A stretch of DNA of 63,658 nt, the filler included, from Nitrospiraceae bacterium (GTDB lineage Bacteria > Nitrospirota > Nitrospiria > Nitrospirales > Nitrospiraceae), in assembly GCA_037442105.1 (NCBI GenBank). It is 3 parts of 3 records of this genome, joined end to end, with 100 filler letters (N's around TTAATTAATTAA, not from the genome) between each part and the next. Parts side by side here need not be neighbours in the genome. Positions count along the whole stretch, not along the records: positions 1 to 28,732 come from JBBIQV010000038.1; positions 28,833 to 52,313 come from JBBIQV010000040.1; 1 more part is not named here. The stretch is one strand, 5' to 3'. Positions 22,301-30,968 of the stretch are shown here, piece by piece (position 1 is the stretch's first letter; every line of letters begins with the position of its first letter). The notes beneath the pieces are model-generated. The model saw only the letters and a list, made by a program, of their open reading frames with translations. It was not told the origin of the DNA and did not search any database. Made by a program: the position numbers and the translations under genes.

Positions 22301-22803
22301 CGGTTGAGAGAATGACCAGCATCCTCGTCTTTCCCCATCCGGACCGCAACAAGCCGGAGGTCAAAAACCTCCGGACCGATCCAGAGACTGAAGCTATTGC
22401 CATGCGGGTCGTGATCGAACATGAGCAGGCGCAAGACCGCACAGTGACCGATGTGCATGAGAAGGATCTCGGCTACGACATTACAAGCCTGGATACCACA
22501 TCCGGCGAATTGCGGCTCATCGAGATCAAGGGTATCGGCGGAGAGACCGGAACGGTGTGTCTGACGCCGAACGAAAAGCGAGTCGCCGAAGATCGCCGCG
22601 ATTGCTATTGGCTCTACATCGTCACCCACTGCAAGACCCAGCCGCGGTTGCAAGAGCCGATTAAAGATCCGGCGCGGCTCGATTGGCACGAGGTGAAGAA
22701 AGTGGATCACTACTATCTTTCGGTCGACGCGATGAGCGGGCCTATGACCGTCAGCGAAGGGGAGCCACCAGGCTATGGCGATTCTGCTCGACAGGAGCGA
22801 TAA
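19354..22803 (+). CDS. SNF2/DEAH helicase with C-terminal DUF3883-like nuclease (defence)
   Basis: LADDAGAGKT, DEAH, TATPH, QRMGRIHR; C-terminal GYDITS...IEIKG. Confidence 0.9.
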   Translation: MSDKAPLREGQVLTGPLFSEPMRVETVRPGGAETWIVGLVGTQTERFRNVTLALSDIKSLRIQDPACTYAGDGNLLRLGLQAYALGIAYEFDPYFGLSISRVDPLPHQLEAIYDHLLKLARVRFLLADDAGAGKTIMAGLLIRELKLRGLAERILIVCPANLTFQWQRELKEKFDEKFLVLKGDDIRDQFGVNQWMEQKTVLTSLDLAKRTNILPGLRQVRWDLVIVDEAHRMSASDAEHKSQRYRLGEILRDISDHILLLTATPHKGIPENFSLFLQLLDQDAYADVRSIREAMNRRHAPFYLRRTKEAMVYFPERQPDGKWVARKIFTKRIPHTVDFKIDGDEDRLYRAVTAYVKAQSHKAAAEGDDPRARAVGFLMALYQRRLASSTYALRHSLQNRARRLEEGLKRAQELARLAPPQLPDPDELEEMEESQRERLEEILEAITLAQNPEQVREEIEELKTLAVQAEQVEEAGVEAKLSRLKDVLQEQGFFDHPDQRLLLFTEFKDTLDYLVKRLKTWGFRVGFIHGGMKPGSRDEPGTRLYTEQQFRDGAIQMLVATEAAGEGINLQCCHILFNYDIPWNPNRLEQRMGRIHRYGQVKDCLIFNFVATNTVEGRVLQKLLEKLQEIRDALDDDAVFNVVGEILPASRLESVLRDYYAGRMGDADLEERLLRDVKEKRFREICQHALEGLASKKLNLEMLLERRARAQERRVVPETIARFIREVAPLVPFTLKPIQALPHTFEPGSTPPALRRFETEQDWKCQPLANRYPRLSTDRETAESHNLEWVTPGHSLFEALRRHALSQAQDSLAVGACFYSLDHTAPTRIDFYRAQIVDGLGYVVHERLFAVQVSEDGTCRLHEPSVLGNLQPAPAPKTLPFLATAHDAQNWLHQEALTPFLEEVRAERLEEVDRIRTHVELSLQELLEKEDRLIGRFAEEAERGVEGAAGSLKLAEDRHAVLLARREKRRQELDRQRSLTLQSVERMTSILVFPHPDRNKPEVKNLRTDPETEAIAMRVVIEHEQAQDRTVTDVHEKDLGYDITSLDTTSGELRLIEIKGIGGETGTVCLTPNEKRVAEDRRDCYWLYIVTHCKTQPRLQEPIKDPARLDWHEVKKVDHYYLSVDAMSGPMTVSEGEPPGYGDSARQER

Positions 22804-22901
22804 CCGACAGGGGAGCGTGGCCTTGGACAGGCAGTCGAGGTACAATCCCGCACGAGAGGCGTGCCTCACCGCATAACGAGACGAAGGCTGACGAGGGAGA
22901 C

Positions 22902-23231
22902 ATGAGAACGCACCGCATCCTGGATGAGAAGACACTGCAGACGATCGTACAGCGGATCGTCGAGGTAGCCAATCCGGAAACAATCATCATGTTCGGGTCG
23001 GCCGCCCGTGGTGAGATGGGGCCGCACAGCGACGTGGATCTCTTGGTGGTCAAAAGGGGAGAGTTCCATCGAGGCCACCTCGTTGAAGAGATCTACATGA
23101 ACTTGATCGGCGTGGGCCAGGCAGTGGATGTCATCGTCGTGACACCGGATGAAATAGAGAAGTACAAGAACCGGGCAGCCTTAGTCATCTATCCAGCCGT
23201 CCGAGAGGGCAAGGTTGTCTATGCCGCCTGA
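22902..23231 (+). CDS. MNT nucleotidyltransferase (antitoxin)
   Basis: FGSAARG...SDVDLLV. Confidence 0.9.
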   Translation: MRTHRILDEKTLQTIVQRIVEVANPETIIMFGSAARGEMGPHSDVDLLVVKRGEFHRGHLVEEIYMNLIGVGQAVDVIVVTPDEIEKYKNRAALVIYPAVREGKVVYAA

Positions 23232-23628
23232 AAGAAGGCCTCCGGACGACCCAGTTGAGTGGCTGAATCGTGCCAAGAGCAACCTCGCCAGAGCCAAGGC
23301 GGATATCACCATCCCGGACATCTACCTTGAGGATCTCTGCTTCGATGCGCAGCAGGCTGCGGAAAAGGCGATCAAAGCCCTGCTGCTTTCTCGGAACATC
23401 ATCTTCCCCTTCGTGCATGACCTCGCCGAGTTAGTCACGGTGCTTCAGCAGAGCGGGCAAGCGGTGCCGGCTGCCATCGCGGAAGCGGCCAGATTGACTC
23501 GCTTTGCCGTGGAAACGCGGTATCCCAGCCTCGCCGAGGCGGTGACACGTGATGATTACCAGAGGGCAGTGGCCATAGCCGAAGAGGTCATTCGTTGGGT
23601 CGAAAAGCACATGTCTGCGGAACAATGA
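23221..23628 (+). CDS. HEPN-domain protein
   Basis: [20 protein letters not shown]; overlaps the MNT gene. Confidence 0.9.
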   Translation: MPPERRPPDDPVEWLNRAKSNLARAKADITIPDIYLEDLCFDAQQAAEKAIKALLLSRNIIFPFVHDLAELVTVLQQSGQAVPAAIAEAARLTRFAVETRYPSLAEAVTRDDYQRAVAIAEEVIRWVEKHMSAEQ

Positions 23629-23650
23629 CCGACAGCCGCCACGAGTCGAA

Positions 23651-26600
23651 ATGATTCCCAAGGAATGTAAACGCCTGGCCGAGGTTGACTTCCCGATTGC
23701 CGTCGTGTCGAAGCATGCGGCGCGGGAGAAGTCGATCCGGCACGGGCATCCGTCGACGCTGCATCTGTGGTGGGCGCGGCGGCCACTCGCGGCCTGTCGG
23801 GCGATGCTATTGGCGCTGCTTCTGCCTGATCCGTGCGATGAGCACTGTCCTGATGAATTCAAGAAGCTGGCGCGGGAACTCTTGCCGCAAATCGTGGGCA
23901 GGATCAAGCCGAATGATGAAGATCTCCGCCACGCACTTTTGAAGTTCATCGGCGACTTCGCCAACTGGGATCTCTCGACCGACCGAACTTACCTCGAAGT
24001 CTCCCGGGGACTGGTCAAAGCGGCTCACTGTGAAGAGCCCCCGCTGGTTGTCGATCCATTTGCAGGCGGCGGCTCGATTCCGTTGGAAGCCTTGCGACTG
24101 GGATGCGAAGCCTTCGCGAGCGATTTGAATCCTGTGGCCTGCCTCATACTAAAGGTCTTGCTGGAAGACATTCCGAGACATGGTCCTGAACTGGCCGAAG
24201 AGCTACGCCGAGTGGGAGCGGAGATTAAAGCGGCGGCTGAGAAGGAACTCGCCGAGTTGTATCCGCCCGATTCAGACGGCGCGATGCCTATTGCCTATCT
24301 CTGGGCCAGAACGGTGCGGTGCGAATCCTCTGGGTGCGGAGCGGAGATTCCGCTAGTCCGTTCGTTTTGGCTGTGCAAGAAAGCGAATAGAAAGCGAGCA
24401 CTGCGTTATCGGGTCGTAGCGCCGGCTTCCAGCCGGCAACTTCCGAACGACACCGTCGCTCGCCGCACCCGCGGCTACCTTCCGCACCTGGAGCGCGACG
24501 GCGGTACCTATTTTGTGACCTTCCGGCTCGCCGGCACTCTTCCGGCACATGTCCTCGCGCGTCTGGATGTCGAGACACAGACCAAAGAGCCATGGACCAA
24601 GCAGGAAACGATCGATGGATGCCTCGATGCCGGTGAGGGCGACTGCTGGCTCCGTGATCCGCAGATTGCTCAGGTCGTCGTCGAGGCACTCCGACACTTC
24701 GACGGCGATCGGTACACGCTGCACGCCTGGTGCGTGATGCCCAATCACGTTCACGTCGTGTTGACCGTCAAGGACGATCTCGCCCGCGTGCTGCATTCTT
24801 GGAAATCCTACACTGCCAACCAGGCGAATCGCCTCCTTGGACGCTCCGGCGAGTTTTGGCAACGGGAGTACTATGACCACTTGGTCCGCGATGAACCGGA
24901 TTTTCACCGGTGCGTGGAGTACACGTTCAACAATGCCGTCAAAGCCGGACTGTGTGATTCGCCGCAAGCGTGGCCGTGGTGTGGGCTGGGCGGGTTGGAC
25001 GTCGAGGACGTTGGGAGCCGGCAGGATGCCGGCGCTACGGAAACCGGCGCGGCGCCACGGATCGAATTCGAACTCTTCGAGCCCAAGAAAGATTCGGAAG
25101 TCCCAAGCGGCACAGTCTCACGCGCCAAAGCCGCCTGTCCGTGCTGCAATGTGGTACTTGCGCCCGAACGCGTCCGAGCGCAGTTGAGCGAGCAGCGCGG
25201 TGGGGCGGACGTGAGGTTCGACCGGAGCGGAAACCGAATCGGAGGCGCTCGGTTGCTGGCTGTGGTGACGCTGCAACCTGGCGAGCAAGGGCGTTTGTAT
25301 CGCCTCCCCAAGGACCGCGACTACGAGACGGTTTGGAAGGCACAGAAGGCCCTCGCCAGGGTTTCAGCTACCAAACTGCCAAACGGTTTAACACCTGTGC
25401 CCGATGAGCCATTGCCGCCCATTGGAACATTGGGCTTCCGCGTTCAACGATATGGGATGCTGCAATGGGGCGACCTCTTCACAGCCCGGCAGAAGCTAGC
25501 GCTGGTGACTCTCGGAGAGGGAGCCGTTGCGCAAACAAAAGGACCGGGAAAGTTATCGTTAGCTTTAGCGATAAGCCGACTGTCTGATTACAGTTCGGCC
25601 CTCACGTCATGGGTGCCAAAGGGCGAATTTATCCGCGGTACGTTTGGGCGCCAAGCTCTTCCGATTGTCTGGGACTTTACTGAGGCGTCTCCTTGGACTG
25701 ATTCTTCTGGAAACCTTGATGGCGCAGTAGACTGGGTCGCCAGGGTTATCGAAGGATTTCCGCTTGGCTGCGGATCAGGTCAGGCTCAAATTGCCGACGC
25801 CTGTGAGTCGCCCTTGCCGGAACATGCAACAGGGATATGGTTTACTGACCCGCCTTATTATGATGCTGTCCCCTATGCCGACCTATCGGATTTCTTCTTC
25901 GTCTGGCTCAAACGAACTCTACCCGGTTACCCGCTTCTTCGCGACCCTTTTGATCCTCGCGACTCCCTGACGCCAAAGGGACGCGAGATCGTCCAGGATG
26001 AAACCAAGGTTGTAGATGGCCGCCCGAAGGACAGACGATGGTTCGAAGACATGATGGCGAAAGCCTTTGGCGCGGGATGTCGAGTACTGAAGGAAGACGG
26101 CATAGGAAGTGTGGTGTTCGCACATAAGACCACAGAGGGCTGGGAAGCGCTGCTATCCGGATTGATAAAAGGTGGCTGGGTGATCACAGGCTCGTGGCCG
26201 ATTGCAACGGAGCGACCAGGCCGTCTTCGTTCTCAGGAATCCGCTGCCCTTGCGACCAGTATCCATCTTGTTTGCCGCCCTCGCACAACTAGTGATACTG
26301 GTGATTGGGGTGAAGTCTACCGGGAATTGCCCGTTCGAGTTGGCGAATGGATCGAAAGACTGCAGTCTGAAGGTGTGCGCGGTGCCGATCTGGTCTTCGC
26401 CTGTATCGGCCCGGCGATGGAAATCTACAGTCGCTACTCGAAAGTCGAGGATGCGGGAGGACGAGAGATCCCGCTTGGCGGTGACCCAACGGCCAGCGAG
26501 CCATACAAACGCGGGTTTCTGGCCTACGTGTGGGAAACCGTTGGCCGTCTGGCGCTTCAGCAAGTGTTGGGAACCGCCGAAGCCAAAGCGCGAAACGGAG

Positions 26601-27295
26601 CAGCCGGCGCTCTGGAAGAAGACGCTCGCTTGACCGCGCTGTTCCTGTGGACCCTGCAAAGTACGAACGGAGAGGTTGAGGCTAAGGCTGAGGTCGAGGA
26701 AGAAGAGGCGGATGAAGACGATGAGGAGGAAGAGGAAACCGGCGGGAAGAAGAAGGCCAAGGGCTACACGCTCATCTTCGATGTGGTCCGCCGGTTCGCC
26801 CAGCCGCTGGGGATTCATCTCGATCAGTGGGAAGGGCGGATCATTGAAACCGAGAAAGGGATGGTCCGCCTGTTGCCTGTGAGCAAGCGGGCTGAACAGC
26901 TTTTTGGCGAAGATGGGGCTTCGGCGGTTGCCACGCGGATTGAACGGGAAGCCCGTCGGAATCCTCAAATGACCTTGGAGTTTTCACTGCCGGAAGCGGA
27001 GGCTCCAGCGATCAAAGGGCGTGGTCGGGGCAAGAAGGGCAAGGGACAATCTCTCAAAGAGGTGGGGGACGAACAACTCACCGCTCGACGTGAGGCGACA
27101 ACGCTCGACCGTGTACATGCAGCCATGCTGTTACAATCCAGCGGCCGAGCCAACGCTTTGCGGGCCCTGTTGAAAGCGGAGCAGGAACGAGGGCCCGACT
27201 TCTTGCGATTGGCCAACGCTTTGTCTGCCCTCTATCCGAAAGACAGCGAGGAAAAACGCCTGCTCGATGCGATGCTGCTCGCGGTGCCGCGGTGA
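23651..27295 (+). CDS. DUF1156 adenine DNA methyltransferase with in-frame RAYT insertion
   Basis: [17 protein letters not shown] (motif I), TDPPYY (motif IV). Confidence 0.9.
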   Translation: MIPKECKRLAEVDFPIAVVSKHAAREKSIRHGHPSTLHLWWARRPLAACRAMLLALLLPDPCDEHCPDEFKKLARELLPQIVGRIKPNDEDLRHALLKFIGDFANWDLSTDRTYLEVSRGLVKAAHCEEPPLVVDPFAGGGSIPLEALRLGCEAFASDLNPVACLILKVLLEDIPRHGPELAEELRRVGAEIKAAAEKELAELYPPDSDGAMPIAYLWARTVRCESSGCGAEIPLVRSFWLCKKANRKRALRYRVVAPASSRQLPNDTVARRTRGYLPHLERDGGTYFVTFRLAGTLPAHVLARLDVETQTKEPWTKQETIDGCLDAGEGDCWLRDPQIAQVVVEALRHFDGDRYTLHAWCVMPNHVHVVLTVKDDLARVLHSWKSYTANQANRLLGRSGEFWQREYYDHLVRDEPDFHRCVEYTFNNAVKAGLCDSPQAWPWCGLGGLDVEDVGSRQDAGATETGAAPRIEFELFEPKKDSEVPSGTVSRAKAACPCCNVVLAPERVRAQLSEQRGGADVRFDRSGNRIGGARLLAVVTLQPGEQGRLYRLPKDRDYETVWKAQKALARVSATKLPNGLTPVPDEPLPPIGTLGFRVQRYGMLQWGDLFTARQKLALVTLGEGAVAQTKGPGKLSLALAISRLSDYSSALTSWVPKGEFIRGTFGRQALPIVWDFTEASPWTDSSGNLDGAVDWVARVIEGFPLGCGSGQAQIADACESPLPEHATGIWFTDPPYYDAVPYADLSDFFFVWLKRTLPGYPLLRDPFDPRDSLTPKGREIVQDETKVVDGRPKDRRWFEDMMAKAFGAGCRVLKEDGIGSVVFAHKTTEGWEALLSGLIKGGWVITGSWPIATERPGRLRSQESAALATSIHLVCRPRTTSDTGDWGEVYRELPVRVGEWIERLQSEGVRGADLVFACIGPAMEIYSRYSKVEDAGGREIPLGGDPTASEPYKRGFLAYVWETVGRLALQQVLGTAEAKARNGAAGALEEDARLTALFLWTLQSTNGEVEAKAEVEEEEADEDDEEEEETGGKKKAKGYTLIFDVVRRFAQPLGIHLDQWEGRIIETEKGMVRLLPVSKRAEQLFGEDGASAVATRIEREARRNPQMTLEFSLPEAEAPAIKGRGRGKKGKGQSLKEVGDEQLTARREATTLDRVHAAMLLQSSGRANALRALLKAEQERGPDFLRLANALSALYPKDSEEKRLLDAMLLAVPR
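24416..25038 (+). mobile_element. REP-flanked Y1/HUH tyrosine transposase (RAYT) domain inside the methylase
   Basis: LPH, YFVTFRL, MPNHVH (HUH), [18 protein letters not shown]; inverted REPs at 24416-24437 and 25017-25038. Confidence 0.85.
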
Positions 27296-27312
27296 CGGAG
27301 GGACCGCGTCTT

Positions 27313-27586
27313 GTGAAACCCGTGGTCTTCACTGCGCATGCTCGGAAGCGAATAGTTGAGCGTGGCACCCGAGAAGAGGACGTGATCGAGGCTATTCGTA
27401 TTGGCGAGCGAGAACCTGCGCAGAGGGGGCTTACCTTCTAGCGATTGAATTTAGAGTTTCATCGCGAGTGGGATGGGCGGTATTATCGCATGCAACAGGT
27501 CGCACCGGTGGTGGCCGAAGAACCGGAGCGCATGAGTGGTGATCACCGTCTACACCTTCTATTTCCAAGAAGGAGGCAACCCGTGA
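27313..27586 (+). pseudogene. DUF4258/RelE-like toxin, disrupted
   Basis: MKPVVFTAHARKRIVERG...; in-frame TAG at 27439 and a frameshift near 27535 before VVITVY. Confidence 0.75.
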
Positions 27587-27807
27587 AGATTGAGTACGAC
27601 AAGGAAGCGGACGCCATGTACATTCGCCTCCAAGAGGGCGACTTCCAATGCCGGAATGTTCGGCTGACGGACGACATTGCATTGGACTTTGCGGCCGGTG
27701 AACAGCTCGTGGGGATTGAAGTGTTGGGCGCGAGTCGTTTGTTCGAGAAGCCCGATTCGCCGGTGGTTGAACTGAAGGCCCTCATCCCGAAGGTGATTGC
27801 CGCTTAA
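27583..27807 (+). CDS. DUF2283-family antitoxin
   Basis: KIEYDKEADAMYIRL...VGIEVL; GTG start after AGGAGG. Confidence 0.85.
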   Translation: MKIEYDKEADAMYIRLQEGDFQCRNVRLTDDIALDFAAGEQLVGIEVLGASRLFEKPDSPVVELKALIPKVIAA

Positions 27808-27827
27808 TCTGCATTTTCTGAGGACCC

Positions 27828-28732
27828 ATGGAACCCTGGTACAAAGTCGCCATGCCGCGTCCCGAGGTGCGAGAGGGGCGGTCGTTTAATCCTGACGAAT
27901 TCGCCATAGCCCTTGAACAAGTCGTCGCCGGTACGGCTCCCAAGGATTACAAAGATCCCGTCCAGTTCTTCAATCGCACCTGTTTCACGCGGGCTCTCAA
28001 AGAGCATGCGGGAATGGTGCTCCGTCGTTTGTCCGGAAAGACCGAGAACTCGGCGCCCGTCCTTACGCTGGTCACCCAGTTTGGCGGTGGGAAGACCCAC
28101 ACGCTGACCTCGCTCTATCACCTTGTCGAACATGCCAAGAAGGTGGCAAATCACGATGGCGTGAAGGAACTCGTCAAAAGTGCCGGTCTATCCGAGATCC
28201 CGAAGGCCAAAGTCGCGGTCTTCGTCGGCAATGCTTGGGATCCTCGGGAAGGCCGCGAGACGCCGTGGATTGATCTGGCTCGCCAGCTTGCCGGCGATGC
28301 CGGAGTGTCTGTCCTAGGGACCGCTGCCAAAACGACGCCTCCTGGCACAGAAACCATCGGCCGTGTCATCGAAGCCGCAGGAGGGAGCGCCCTCATACTT
28401 TTTGACGAGGTCCTGAACTTTCTGAACCGTCATCGCGAAATGGCGGAGGGCTTTCACGCCTTTATCCAAAACCTGACCGTGGCCATGACCGGCACTACTC
28501 GGGGCGCTGCCGTTATCAGTTTACCCCGCAGCCAAGTGGAAATGACGCCATGGGATCAGGACTGGCAGGACAAGATTACCAAGGTCGTGAAGCGCGTGGC
28601 CAAAGATCTGATCGCGAATGATGAAACCGAAATCAGCGAGGTGGTGCGGCGCCGACTCTTTGAAGATCTCGGACCCGAGAGAGTCCGAAAGGCTGTGGCC
28701 AAAGTCTATGCCGATTGGTGCTTCGAGCGCCG
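27828..28732 (+). CDS. DUF499 AAA+ ATPase, truncated by contig end
   Basis: PWYKVAMPR, FGGGKTH Walker A, LILFDE Walker B. Confidence 0.88.
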
Positions 28733-28832
28733 NNNNNNNNNNNNNNNNNNNNNNNNNNNNNNNNNNNNNNNNNNNNTTAATTAATTAANNNNNNNNNNNN
28801 NNNNNNNNNNNNNNNNNNNNNNNNNNNNNNNN
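28733..28832. other. Artificial contig linker
   Basis: N run with TTAATTAATTAA six-frame stop. Confidence 0.97.
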
Positions 28833-29717
28833 GCCAGAACGCTGGAGCCGATCATCTTGAAATTGGTCGACCTGCTGCAGCGCCCCCCTGCTGAACAACC
28901 TGCTGCGACGACGACGCCCGCTTCGGGGGACAAACAGCCCAGCGCCCCCGCACCGGTTTCTTCGGAGCCGATGATTCGCAAGCAAGAACGGCAGGCGGCT
29001 ATCGGCGAGTTCAGCGCCTTTTTGGCTACGGAAATTCGTGAGCCGCTGGCTTCGATCCGCGCGCAACTGGAAGAGGTCACCGGCGAGGGCATCCTGGACT
29101 TCGACCCGCAGACGCGGGTGGAAAACGCCATGCGCAACCTGATCCGCGTGGAAGCGATTCTCAGCGAGATTCTCGACTTCGCCAAGCCGTTGGAACTGAA
29201 CCGGCGCCTGTGTCGCGTGCCGGAGATCATCGAGAATGCCTTGATGGTGGTGGCCACCGATCTGGAGGTCACGCGCATCCAGGTCATGAAGGACTATGCT
29301 TCCCACATCTTGCCAGTCCGGTGTGACGACGCCAAGATGCAGCAGGTCTTCCTCAGCATCTTCAAGAACGCGATCGAGGCCATGACCCCTGGCGGGCATC
29401 TGCAGATCGCCGTCGCGAACCAGCGCGCCGGCCGCGCATATGAAGTCCACATCCTGATCAAGAATGACGGCGCACCGATCCCAGCGGAACACGCGGACAA
29501 ACTCTTTGAACCCTTCTTCACCACCAAACGCTCGGGCACGGGGCTGGGGTTGGCAACGGTCAAGAAAATCGTTGAAGACCATCAAGGGCATATTGCCATC
29601 GCCAGCGCGCCCGGCGAAGGTACGACCGTCACCATCCGCCTCCCCGGCATCCCGCCGCGAGGTGGGCCCTACCGCCATCGTGGGCGGGGACGCCGCCCCC
29701 CACGGCGCAGCCATTGA
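28833..29717 (+). CDS. Histidine-kinase-like protein, C-terminal part (N-terminus lost in gap)
   Basis: N box KNAIEAM, F box FEPFFTTK, G2 GTGLGL; H box reads ATEIREPL. Confidence 0.85.
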   Translation, partial: ARTLEPIILKLVDLLQRPPAEQPAATTTPASGDKQPSAPAPVSSEPMIRKQERQAAIGEFSAFLATEIREPLASIRAQLEEVTGEGILDFDPQTRVENAMRNLIRVEAILSEILDFAKPLELNRRLCRVPEIIENALMVVATDLEVTRIQVMKDYASHILPVRCDDAKMQQVFLSIFKNAIEAMTPGGHLQIAVANQRAGRAYEVHILIKNDGAPIPAEHADKLFEPFFTTKRSGTGLGLATVKKIVEDHQGHIAIASAPGEGTTVTIRLPGIPPRGGPYRHRGRGRRPPRRSH

Positions 29718-29832
29718 CCCCCGTTTTCTTCTCTTGACACTCCCGGCCGTCGAGGCTAAGATTGCCCGGCCTGAGACATTTTTACCGGTATTTCCCAGCC
29801 ACCATTCCACCATTTTTTCAAAGGAGTAGGGT

Positions 29833-30198
29833 ATGAAATACTTGATCGGCACTGTCGCAACAGTCGCGGGTGTGCTTTTCGGGCTTTCCTTGGCCTCGGC
29901 GAACCCGGCTTTATTGCCGAAGCATGAAGGCTATCCGATGAAGAACGACGGAAGCCCCGTCAACGGGCAACCGACGGCCAATGATCCAGGTCAGAGCGAC
30001 GCACGCGGAGAAGCCGCTGTGCTCAAGGCCGCCGCTTCGATTAAGCACAGCGAGCAGAGCCTGATGGACCAGAACAACGGTAGGATTGCCGAAAAGCAGG
30101 GCGCGGGTCGGCTCCCGAAAGTTCAGGGGCCCCAGATTAAGATCGAGCCCCCGGTGACCTCCGCCACAAAGGCCGATGCAAGCTTGGGAGCGAAGTAA
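29833..30198 (+). CDS. Exported hypothetical protein
   Basis: SD AAGGAG, signal peptide ending ASA. Confidence 0.8.
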   Translation: MKYLIGTVATVAGVLFGLSLASANPALLPKHEGYPMKNDGSPVNGQPTANDPGQSDARGEAAVLKAAASIKHSEQSLMDQNNGRIAEKQGAGRLPKVQGPQIKIEPPVTSATKADASLGAK

Positions 30199-30238
30199 GG
30201 GTTGTAAGGGTTACATAGGCACGACGGAGTTCATACAC

Positions 30239-30272
30239 AAGGGAGGCGGTCGTGAGGCCGCCTCCCTTTTTT
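30239..30272. terminator. Terminator between convergent genes
   Basis: AAGGGAGGCGG/CCGCCTCCCTT stem followed by T tract. Confidence 0.8.
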
Positions 30273-30872
30273 CTATTTCTGCATCAGTCTACGCTGGATC
30301 TCGGCTTTTTTAATTCGTTGCCGACCACGTGCCGGGTCTTTGTCCTCCAACCGGAACCGCCACGGCTTTGCCGACCATGCACCCGCATAGTCCACTCCGA
30401 TTCGTGGGTATGCTCCTATCGCACGACTGGGCACTCGACTCCTTCGATCCTCGATCCACAATTGCTGCCCGCGAGTCAGATCCAGCCGGTTGAGCAAACG
30501 GTCGATCTCCATCCGACGACAGACTCGGCCCGGCCCATCAATCAACTTTCCATCCAACTCCACTGCACGAACGAGGACCGCCGCTGGATAATCTTCTTTC
30601 TCCGTCACGATATTGAAACAGTGGTGCATCCCGTAAATCAGATAGACATAAGCAGCCCCCGCCGGTCCGAACATGACATCCGTCCGTTGGGTGCGACCGC
30701 GTGAGGCGTGAGACGCCCGATCCTCCGGCCCGACATAGGCTTCAACCTCGATGATCTTGCCGGCAATGAGACCGGCGCCGTTCTCGCGAACGAGAAACTT
30801 TCCCAAGAGCGACCGCGCGACCGTCAACGTTGGACGGTTGAAGTACGAGCGTGAGAGAATCTTGTGAGGCAT
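30273..30872 (-). CDS. mpg: DNA-3-methyladenine glycosylase (AAG/MPG family)
   Basis: IIEVEAY, YVYLIYGMH, AVLVRA, GPG, RIGV. Confidence 0.93.
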   Translation of the reverse strand: MPHKILSRSYFNRPTLTVARSLLGKFLVRENGAGLIAGKIIEVEAYVGPEDRASHASRGRTQRTDVMFGPAGAAYVYLIYGMHHCFNIVTEKEDYPAAVLVRAVELDGKLIDGPGRVCRRMEIDRLLNRLDLTRGQQLWIEDRRSRVPSRAIGAYPRIGVDYAGAWSAKPWRFRLEDKDPARGRQRIKKAEIQRRLMQK

Positions 30873-30886
30873 AGCTTGTCTTAGGG

Positions 30887-30964
30887 CAGTCAGCTTTCAG
30901 CCGTCAGCTATCAGGTTTCGGATTACAGCGGGAGCGTTTCGCTGAAAGCTGATGGCTGACAGCT
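30887..30964. repeat. Heptamer tandem repeat with inverted arms (CAGCnnT / GCTGAnn)
   Basis: cagcttt cagccgt cagctat ... gctgaaa gctgatg gctgaca. Confidence 0.75.
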
Positions 30965-30968
30965 TGAA

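Noticed and set aside
27445..27807. 120-aa ORF as a single protein
   Set aside because: It fuses the broken toxin remnant with the DUF2283 antitoxin starting at GTG 27583
28733..28832. TTAATTAATTAA palindrome within N runs (also 52314-52413)
   Set aside because: Assembly linker; no biological meaning and no true adjacency across it
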